A stretch of DNA of 64,000 nucleotides, from the NCBI GenBank assembly GCA_038233915.1, contig JBBSVA010000004.1, forward strand, positions 579 through 64,578, in the 5' to 3' direction. The notes beneath the pieces are model-generated. The model was given only the letters and a program-made list of their open reading frames with translations, ran no database searches and was not told the DNA's origin. Shown in pieces: positions 57,630-64,000 of this stretch. A program made the position numbers and the translations under genes. Source of the DNA: Mycobacteriales bacterium. Its GTDB lineage: Bacteria; Actinomycetota; Actinomycetes; Mycobacteriales; Geodermatophilaceae. Position 1 is the stretch's first letter. Every line of letters starts with the position of its first letter.

Positions 57630-58569
57630 GGGACACCGTCACGTCACCGATGCCGGCCTCGATGGTCAGCACGATCTCCGGGTTGCCGTCGCCGGTCCAC
57701 GGCGCGGACCCGGTGCCCGCGTAGGTGCCGCCGTTCGAGTCCTGCCCGAAGAGCTCGGCGTCTCCCAGTCCGTTGGACACGCTGACCCGGACGTCGGCGG
57801 AGCGGGGGACGACGACCTGAACGTCCCCGACGCCCGAATCGACGACCGTGGTGATGGGCCCGGTGAGGGCGGCCAGGTCGATGGCGGTGAGGTCGAGCTC
57901 GACGTCCCCGACCCCGGACTGGTAGCGCGCATCGACGGTCGCGGCGGTCTGCGGGGAGAAGGTGACGTCGCTGCTGGCGCTCGGACGGCCCCGTCCGCCC
58001 CAGCCGTCGGTGGCCGAGGCGAGGAGCAGCGCGAAGGACAGCAGCACGCCCAGCGCGATGAGCGGGCCGCGGGAGCTGCGGGCGGGGACGAACGCACCCA
58101 CCGCCAGTCCGAGCCCGACGACGGTGAGGGCGGAGGCGAGGAAGGGCACCGGGCCCGGCGACCAGGCCGTCGTCCGGGCGATCAGCGCGAGCAGACCGAC
58201 GACGATCAACAGCACGGCGATGGTGATCCCGGGCACCGGCGAGCGTGGTCCGGCCGGCTCGGTGGGCCGGACGACGGCGGTGGCGGGGTCGACGTCCCGG
58301 CGGGCGGGCATCAGTACCCACAACAGCAGGTAGACGATGACGCCGGTCCCGCCGGCGAACACCAGGGCGATGAACCCGACCCGCCACAGCAGGGCGTCGA
58401 TGCCGGTGTAGTCGGCGAGGCCACCGCTGACCCCGCCGACGACCTTGTCCTGACGGCTGCGACGCAGCGGCGGACGCAGTCCGGTGGCCCCGGGCGGTGG
58501 GGGCGGGGGCTGCCCGGCGGGGGCCTCGGGGAACGGGGGGAGCGGCGGCGGGGGAGCTGCACTGGTCAT
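57622..58569 (-). CDS. PspC-domain membrane protein with a LiaF-like C-terminal domain
   Basis: Pro-rich N-terminus, then VVGGVSGGLADYTGIDALLWRVGFIALVF (PspC), several TM helices, and C-terminal GVGDVELDL...GVGDVQVVVP...GLGDAELFG repeats. Confidence 0.8.
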   Translation of the reverse strand: MTSAAPPPPLPPFPEAPAGQPPPPPPGATGLRPPLRRSRQDKVVGGVSGGLADYTGIDALLWRVGFIALVFAGGTGVIVYLLLWVLMPARRDVDPATAVVRPTEPAGPRSPVPGITIAVLLIVVGLLALIARTTAWSPGPVPFLASALTVVGLGLAVGAFVPARSSRGPLIALGVLLSFALLLASATDGWGGRGRPSASSDVTFSPQTAATVDARYQSGVGDVELDLTAIDLAALTGPITTVVDSGVGDVQVVVPRSADVRVSVSNGLGDAELFGQDSNGGTYAGTGSAPWTGDGNPEIVLTIEAGIGDVTVSRG

Positions 58570-58824
58570 GGCACCAGCCTGCCGACGGGAGGGTGCCCGG
58601 CACCATCAGGGAACCCCCGGACCCGACCCTGGTTCTCAGCGCGGGGACAGCACCTGGCGCAGCAGCAGGTAGGGGTCAGGCCCACGGTCACGCTGACCGG
58701 CGGTGCAGCTCGTCGGCCAGGGCTGTCGCGCCGGACGGAACAGGGGAACACCCTGGCCCCGGCACCCGGGATCTCGGGGTGTCACCGGGTGGGCAGCCCC
58801 GGACGCCGGTGACACGATGATCAC

Positions 58825-60024
58825 GTGACCACCCCGGGGACGACGACGCTGCCGCAGCCCGGCGCGACGGTCCCCGAGCCCCGTCCGCCGCTGCTGCGAC
58901 CCCGCTCGGGCCGGCTGCTGGGCGGGGTCGCCGCCGGGACCGCAGACCACCTGCGGCTGGACCCGCTGCTGGTCCGGGTCGCGTTCGTGCTGCTCGCGGT
59001 CAGCGGGATCGGGGTGGTCGCCTACGCCCTGCTGTGGCTGACGATGCGGGCCGCCCCGGTGGACGCGGTGCGGCCGGCCCGGGCGGAGCCGACCAGCCGT
59101 CGCCAGGTGGTCGGCCTGGTGCTCCTCGGTCTGGGCGCGCTGGCGCTGACCAGCCGGCTGTCGAGCTGGGGGAGCGGCGACGTCGTCGTCCCGCTGCTGC
59201 TGGCCGGCGTCGGGATCGCGGTCATCTGGTACCAGCTGGACACCGAGCGGACGCTGGCCCGCTCCACCGTGCGGTGGGGCCTGGTCGTCGGCGTGCTGCT
59301 CGGCGTCGGCGGGGTGGTGCTGCTGCTGGCGACGACCGGGCAGCTGGTCAACGCCCGCAACGGGTTCGCCGCCACACTGGTCGTGCTGGTCGGCATCGGG
59401 CTGTCCACCGCCCCGCTGTGGCGCCGGCTGTTGGACTCCCGCGCCGACGAGCGCGCCGCCCGGATCCGGTCTGAGGAGCGCGCCGCGGTCGCCGCGCACC
59501 TGCACGACTCGGTGCTGCAGACCCTGGCCCTGGTGCAGCGGCACGCCGCCGACCCGGCCCAGGTGGCCCGGCTGGCCCGCAGCCAGGAGCGCGAGCTGCG
59601 CAGCTGGCTGTACGCCCCGCAGGTTGCCACCGGCGGCACCTGGGCCGGCCTGGTCCAGCGGCTGGTCGCCGAGGTCGAGGCCGACCACGTCGTCACCGTC
59701 GACCCGGTCGTGGTCGGCGACGCGGCTGTCGACGTCGCCGTCGCCGCCCTGGGCCAGGCCACCCGGGAGGCCGTGGTCAACGCGGCCAAGCACTCCGGGG
59801 CGACCGAGGTCGCGCTGTACTCCGAGGTCACCACCGGTGCGGTCACCGTCTTCGTCCGGGACCGCGGCACCGGGTTCGACCCGGCGCGGGTGCCGGCCGA
59901 CCGGCGCGGGCTGCGCGACTCCGTCGTCGGTCGGCTGCAACGCGTCGGCGGCACCGCGGTCGTGCACTCGAACCCGGGGGAGGGGACCGAGGTGGAGCTG
60001 ACCCTGCCGAGGAGCACGTCGTGA
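58825..60024 (+). CDS. PspC-domain-containing sensor histidine kinase (HisKA_3 type)
   Basis: LLGGVAAGTADHLRLDPLLVRVAFVLLAV (PspC), TM helices, an H-box AAHLHDSVLQTL, and the ATPase part ...NAAKHSGA...DRGTGF. Confidence 0.88.
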   Translation: MTTPGTTTLPQPGATVPEPRPPLLRPRSGRLLGGVAAGTADHLRLDPLLVRVAFVLLAVSGIGVVAYALLWLTMRAAPVDAVRPARAEPTSRRQVVGLVLLGLGALALTSRLSSWGSGDVVVPLLLAGVGIAVIWYQLDTERTLARSTVRWGLVVGVLLGVGGVVLLLATTGQLVNARNGFAATLVVLVGIGLSTAPLWRRLLDSRADERAARIRSEERAAVAAHLHDSVLQTLALVQRHAADPAQVARLARSQERELRSWLYAPQVATGGTWAGLVQRLVAEVEADHVVTVDPVVVGDAAVDVAVAALGQATREAVVNAAKHSGATEVALYSEVTTGAVTVFVRDRGTGFDPARVPADRRGLRDSVVGRLQRVGGTAVVHSNPGEGTEVELTLPRSTS

Positions 60025-60668
60025 CCCGGGTGTTCCTGGTCGACGACCACGCGATGGTCCGGTCGGGTGTCCGGGCTGAGCTGGGGGACGCCGTCGAGGT
60101 GGTCGGCGAGGCCGCCGACGTCGTCGGTGCGGTGGCCGGGGTCCGCGACACCCGTCCAGACGTCGTCCTGCTCGACGTGCACCTGCCCGGCGGGGGCGGC
60201 CGGGCCGTGCTGGAGACGCTGCGCCCGGAGCTGCCCGACGTCCGGTGGCTGGCGCTGTCGGTCTCCGACGCCGCCGAGGACGTCATCGCGGTCATCCGGG
60301 CCGGTGCACGCGGCTACGTCACGAAGACCATCTCCGGCCCGGACCTGCGGGACGCCGTGGCCCGCGTCGCCGAGGGTGACGTCGTGTTCTCCCCGCGGCT
60401 GGCCGGGTTCGTGCTGGACGCCTTCGCCGCCGGCCCCGCGCAACCCGCGCCGGAGCCCGACGTCGACCCCGGGCTGGACCTGCTGTCGGCCCGGGAGCGC
60501 GAGGTCATGCAGCTGCTTGCCCGTGGCTACACCTACCGGGAGATCGGACAGCGGCTGTTCATCTCGGTCAAGACCGTGGAGTCCCACGCCTCGAACGTGC
60601 TGCGCAAGCTGCAGCTGTGCAACCGCAACGAGCTCACTCGTTGGGCAGCGACCAACCGCCTGCTCTAA
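60021..60668 (+). CDS. NarL/LuxR-family response regulator
   Basis: GTGA overlap with the kinase. RVFLVDDHAMVRSG...PDVVLLDVHLPGG...LSAREREVMQLLARGYTYREIGQRLFISVKTVESH. Confidence 0.93.
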   Translation: MTRVFLVDDHAMVRSGVRAELGDAVEVVGEAADVVGAVAGVRDTRPDVVLLDVHLPGGGGRAVLETLRPELPDVRWLALSVSDAAEDVIAVIRAGARGYVTKTISGPDLRDAVARVAEGDVVFSPRLAGFVLDAFAAGPAQPAPEPDVDPGLDLLSAREREVMQLLARGYTYREIGQRLFISVKTVESHASNVLRKLQLCNRNELTRWAATNRLL

Positions 60669-61402
60669 GCGGTGTGCACGACCTGGAAGGCCTCGGCGAG
60701 CCGGCCCTCGGGCAGGCCGTGGGTGCGCGCGGTCTGCTGCATCCAGCCGGTGACGAACCGGCGAAGCTGACCCGCGGGCTGGTGCGAGACCTGGGTGACG
60801 TGCGACTCCAGGGCGGCGAACTTGCGCTCCACGACGTCGGTCACGTCGACGGCGTGGTCGGCGTTCGGGCTGGCGCCCAGCCACACCTCGGCGACGGTCC
60901 AGGCGTCCAGGCCCTCGTCGGCCAGCAGCTCGGGGTGCGCGAAGGGGTTGCGGGCGTCGGGGTAGACCGCGCGCAGCGTGGCCTCCCCGGTGGTCATGTG
61001 GTCGGGGTGGCTGGCCCCGATCCGGTCGTACATCCGCTCCGGGGACGACGTCAGCACCCGCTGCGGCTCGACCTCGCGGATCACCCGGCTGATGTCCCGG
61101 CGCAGGTCCAGGGTCAGCTCCAGACGTCCGTCCGGGTAGCCCAGGAAGCGGACGTCGGTGACGCCGACCGCCGCGGCGGCCGCACGCTGCTCGGCCTGGC
61201 GCAGCAGCGGCATCTCCTCCCGCGGGGTGTCGTCGAAACCACCGGCGTCGCCGTTGGTGACGATGCAGTAGGTGACCTCGGTGCCGGCCGCGGTCCAGGT
61301 GGCGACGGTGCCGGCGCTGCCGAAGTCGACGTCGTCGGGGTGGGCGAGCACGCAGAGCACCCGGTCGACGTGGGCTGCCGGTTGCCGCGGGGGTGAGGTC
61401 AC
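60665..61402 (-). CDS. PIG-L family deacetylase (MshB/LmbE-like)
   Basis: VLCVLAHPDDVDFGSAGT...HPDHMTTGEA matches PIG-L motifs. GTG 61402 is preferred. The longer start at 61477 would overlap chorismate mutase by 20 nt. Confidence 0.82.
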   Translation of the reverse strand: MTSPPRQPAAHVDRVLCVLAHPDDVDFGSAGTVATWTAAGTEVTYCIVTNGDAGGFDDTPREEMPLLRQAEQRAAAAAVGVTDVRFLGYPDGRLELTLDLRRDISRVIREVEPQRVLTSSPERMYDRIGASHPDHMTTGEATLRAVYPDARNPFAHPELLADEGLDAWTVAEVWLGASPNADHAVDVTDVVERKFAALESHVTQVSHQPAGQLRRFVTGWMQQTARTHGLPEGRLAEAFQVVHTA

Positions 61403-61457
61403 GGAGCCTGGAAGTCCGCTGCGAGCCGCGGTGTTCCCGCCCGGGCCGTCGTCCGGG

Positions 61458-61769
61458 TCAGAGCGCGCCGCGCCCACGACGCAGCAGCATCATGCCCAGC
61501 GTGGTGCCGTCGGCCGGGCCCAGTGCGGCGGAGAACGCGGCCAGCACCGCCTGCTCGCGGGCCAGCGAGAGCCGGGTGCCGCCGGCGGCCCGGCGTAGCT
61601 CTCCGATCTCCCGGGAGACCTCCAGGCGGCGCTGCACCTGCCGGATGATCTCGGCATCGCAGGCGTCGATCTCGGCCCGCAGCACGGCGATGCGCTCGGC
61701 CGGGGCGGTGGGCTCGGGGCCGCTGCTGGCGGGGGTGCTGGACACGGTGTTCTCCAGGGTGGTGCTCAT
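61458..61769 (-). CDS. AroQ-class chorismate mutase
   Basis: 103 aa. ...IAVLRAEIDACDAEIIRQVQRRLEVSREIGELRRAAGGTRLSLAREQAVL is helical AroQ-like. GGAGGA lies 6 nt before the ATG. Sits next to uvrD/pcrA, as I recall for mycobacteria. Confidence 0.85.
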   Translation of the reverse strand: MSTTLENTVSSTPASSGPEPTAPAERIAVLRAEIDACDAEIIRQVQRRLEVSREIGELRRAAGGTRLSLAREQAVLAAFSAALGPADGTTLGMMLLRRGRGAL

Positions 61770-61816
61770 GTCGGTTCCTCCGGGTGAGGAGGCCGTCGGA
61801 CCCCGGACACACGAAA

Positions 61817-61841
61817 GCCCCGGGCTCGTCGGGCCCGGGGC
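61817..61841 (-). terminator. Intrinsic-terminator-like hairpin in the chorismate mutase leader (candidate attenuator)
   Basis: Minus strand reads GCCCCGGGC-ccgacga-GCCCGGGGC-TTTCGTGTGT, ending 38 nt upstream of the chorismate mutase ATG. Confidence 0.5.
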
Positions 61842-61856
61842 GGTGTCTGTGCGCGG

Positions 61857-61916
61857 CTAGCGCTGCGAGACGGCGACCGGGAACCGGTGGCCGTAGAAAA
61901 ACGCGCAGTGGAGCAC
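61857..61916 (-). CDS. Candidate 19-aa leader peptide VLHCAFFYGHRFPVAVSQR
   Basis: GTG 61916 to TAG 61857. 18 of 19 codons end in G or C, as in real genes here. Contains Phe-Phe-Tyr and a further Phe. No SD, so it would need leaderless or other initiation. Confidence 0.3.
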   Translation of the reverse strand: MLHCAFFYGHRFPVAVSQR

Positions 61917-62010
61917 ATCGCGGAGTGTGCCACAGCACGTCGCCGGTGGGCCAGCGTCGTCCCCAGCCACCCGGTTGCTGTCGGTGCCCCGGCCTAGAGT
62001 GGGAGGGGTC

Positions 62011-64000
62011 ATGAGCAGCCCCCAGATCTCCCTCCCCGGGACCGCCGCCCTGCCCCGCCAGACCGCCGGACGGGTGGGTCGCGAGCTGGAGAGGATGCTC
62101 GCCGGGCTCAACGGACCGCAGCGTGACGCCGTCGTCCACGAGGGCACGCCGTTGCTCATCGTGGCCGGTGCCGGGTCGGGCAAGACCCGGGTGCTGACCC
62201 ACCGGATCGCCTACCTGCTGGGAGCCCGCGGGGCCACTCCCGGCGAGATCATGGCGATCACCTTCACCAACAAGGCCGCCGGTGAGATGAAGGAGCGGGT
62301 GGCCCAGCTGGTCGGCCCGCGCGCCCGGGCGATGTGGGTGTCGACGTTCCACTCGATGTGCGTGCGGATCCTGCGGGCCGAGGCCGCGAAGCTGCAGATG
62401 AAGACCAGCTTCACCATCTACGACCAGGGTGATTCGGTCCGGCTGATGACGATGGTGGCCCGCGACCTCGAGCTGGACGCCAAGCGCTACCCCGGTCGCA
62501 GCCTCGCCGCGCAGGTGTCGAACCTGAAGAACGAGCTGATCGACGAGGAGGCCTTCGCCCCGCAGACGCCGCCGGAGAAGGTGCTCGGCGAGGTCTACGC
62601 GCTCTACCAGCGTCGGCTCCGCGAGGCGCACGCGATGGACTTCGACGACCTGATCATGACCACGGTCAACCTCTTCCGGGCCTTCCCCGACGTCGCCGAG
62701 CACTACCGCCGGCGCTTCCGGCACGTGCTGGTCGACGAGTACCAGGACACCAACCACGCGCAGTACGCCCTGGTCCGGGAGATCGTCGGTTACGGCGACA
62801 GCCCGGTGCCGCCGGCCGAGCTCTGCGTGGTCGGTGACGCCGACCAGTCGATCTACGCCTTCCGCGGCGCCACGATCCGCAACATCGACGAGTTCGAGCG
62901 GGACTACCCCGACGCCACCACGATCGTGCTGGAGCAGAACTACCGCTCCACCCAGCGCATCCTCAAGGCCGCCAACCAGGTCATCTCACGCAACACCTCG
63001 CGCCGGCCCAAGAACCTCTGGTCCGACGCCGGGGACGGCGAGCTGATCGAGGGCTACGTCGGTGACAACGAGCACGACGAGGCGGCCTGGGTCGCCGAGC
63101 AGATCGACGCCCTCGTCGACGAGGGCAAAGCCAAGCCCCGCGACATCGCCATCTTCTACCGGACCAACAACGCCTCCCGCGTCTTCGAGGAGGTGTTCAT
63201 CCGGGTCGGCATGCCCTACAAGGTGGTCGGCGGGGTGCGCTTCTACGAGCGCAAGGAGGTCCGGGACGCCCTGGCCTACCTGAAGGTGGTCAGCAACCCG
63301 ACCGACGTGGTCAGCCTGCGCCGGGTGCTGAACACCCCCAAGCGAGGCATCGGCGACCGCGCCGAGGCCTGCGTCGAGAAGTTGGCCGACCGCGAGCGGA
63401 TCGCGTTCGCGACCGCGCTGCGGCGCGCGCAGGACGCCCCGGGGATCGCGACCCGCTCGCTGAAGAACATCCAGGAGTTCGTCTCGCTGCTGGAGGAGTT
63501 CGAGCACCTGCTGGCCACCGGGTCGGGGCCCAGCGCGCTGCTGGAGTCGATCCTGGAGCGCAGCGGGCTGCTCTCCGAGCTGGAGTCCTCCACCGACCCG
63601 CAGGACGAGGGCCGGGTCGACAACCTGCACGAGCTGGTCAGCGTCGCCGCCGAGTTCGAGGTGGTGAACCCCGAGGGCACGGTCACCGACTTCCTGGAGC
63701 AGGTCTCCCTGGTCGCCGATGCCGACCAGATCCCGGTCACCGGGGACGACGCCGGCGTGGTCACGATGATGACGCTGCACACTGCCAAGGGCCTGGAGTT
63801 CCCGGTGGTCTTCGTGACCGCCTGGGAGGACGGCGTCTTCCCGCACCTCCGGGCCCTCGGTGACCCCAAGGAGCTCGAGGAGGAGCGCCGGCTGGCCTAC
63901 GTGGGCATCACCCGCGCCCGCGAGCGGCTGTTCCTGTCCCGGGCCACGGTGCGCACGAGCTGGGGGCAGCCGGCCTACAACCCGCCGTCCCGGTTCCTGG
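62011..64000 (+). CDS. pcrA: ATP-dependent DNA helicase PcrA/UvrD (N-terminal ~663 aa; continues past the window)
   Basis: ATG 62011 after GGGAGGGG. The frame stays open to 64000, so it is absent from the ORF track. My translation shows AGAGSGKTRVLTHRIAYLL, VDEYQDTN, QNYRST, TLHTAKGLEFPVVF and LAYVGITRA (SF1 helicase motifs). Confidence 0.95.
   Translation, partial: MSSPQISLPGTAALPRQTAGRVGRELERMLAGLNGPQRDAVVHEGTPLLIVAGAGSGKTRVLTHRIAYLLGARGATPGEIMAITFTNKAAGEMKERVAQLVGPRARAMWVSTFHSMCVRILRAEAAKLQMKTSFTIYDQGDSVRLMTMVARDLELDAKRYPGRSLAAQVSNLKNELIDEEAFAPQTPPEKVLGEVYALYQRRLREAHAMDFDDLIMTTVNLFRAFPDVAEHYRRRFRHVLVDEYQDTNHAQYALVREIVGYGDSPVPPAELCVVGDADQSIYAFRGATIRNIDEFERDYPDATTIVLEQNYRSTQRILKAANQVISRNTSRRPKNLWSDAGDGELIEGYVGDNEHDEAAWVAEQIDALVDEGKAKPRDIAIFYRTNNASRVFEEVFIRVGMPYKVVGGVRFYERKEVRDALAYLKVVSNPTDVVSLRRVLNTPKRGIGDRAEACVEKLADRERIAFATALRRAQDAPGIATRSLKNIQEFVSLLEEFEHLLATGSGPSALLESILERSGLLSELESSTDPQDEGRVDNLHELVSVAAEFEVVNPEGTVTDFLEQVSLVADADQIPVTGDDAGVVTMMTLHTAKGLEFPVVFVTAWEDGVFPHLRALGDPKELEEERRLAYVGITRARERLFLSRATVRTSWGQPAYNPPSRFL

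Noticed and set aside
61766-61918. 50-aa ATG-initiated uORF (MCSTARFSTATGS...) that reads through the terminator hairpin and ends in ATGA overlapping the chorismate mutase start
   Set aside because: About a third of its codons end in A or T, unlike nearly all real genes here. The composition is Arg/Ser/Pro-rich. The alternative 19-codon GTG frame fits local codon usage far better.

Overview
Very GC-rich (roughly 70 percent or more by eye) actinobacterial chromosome segment, almost entirely core housekeeping genes. In order: the 3' end of rpoC; a small minus-strand islet (LLM/F420-type oxidoreductase, a 78-aa protein, a cytoplasmic trypsin-like protease); the str operon (rpsL-rpsG-fusA-tuf); the S10 and spc operons through secY-adk-map; the alpha operon (infA-rpmJ-rpsM-rpsK-rpsD-rpoA-rplQ-truA); a molybdenum-cofactor cluster (mobA, fdhD, moaB/mog, moaC, moeA) with a beta-carbonic anhydrase and a coupled lipoprotein; rplM-rpsI-glmM-glmS-acpS-nnr-alr; a translationally coupled string of alr, alpha/beta hydrolase, family-4 UDG and a tsaE-Nudix fusion, followed by tsaB-rimI-tsaD; a convergent methyltransferase; groES-groEL; a whiB3/whiD-like gene; an atypical LuxR regulator; a DUF5319-like gene; guaB-guaB3-guaA; a PspC / sensor kinase / LuxR response-regulator module; a PIG-L deacetylase; chorismate mutase; and the 5' part of pcrA/uvrD. 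From memory, gene order from alr to guaB, and chorismate mutase next to uvrD, resembles Mycobacterium. I saw no rRNA, tRNA, CRISPR, transposase or integrase. The signals most worth a second look are non-coding. (1) Six sense-strand hairpin elements sit directly after stop codons of highly expressed genes: four carry a conserved 34-nt core flanked by stems that differ between copies but stay complementary, and two are short-loop relatives. (2) A candidate Phe-Phe-Tyr leader peptide, a terminator and an anti-SD hairpin lie upstream of chorismate mutase. (3) A 33-bp tandem hairpin repeat array lies between nnr and alr. (4) CA-rich leaders share CAGCAC / CCAGYACGTC words. On the coding side, the protease with a stand-alone copy of its N-terminal domain, the tsaE-Nudix fusion and a pseudo-receiver LuxR regulator are notable. 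All calls come from reading the sequence and the ORF track; no searches were run.
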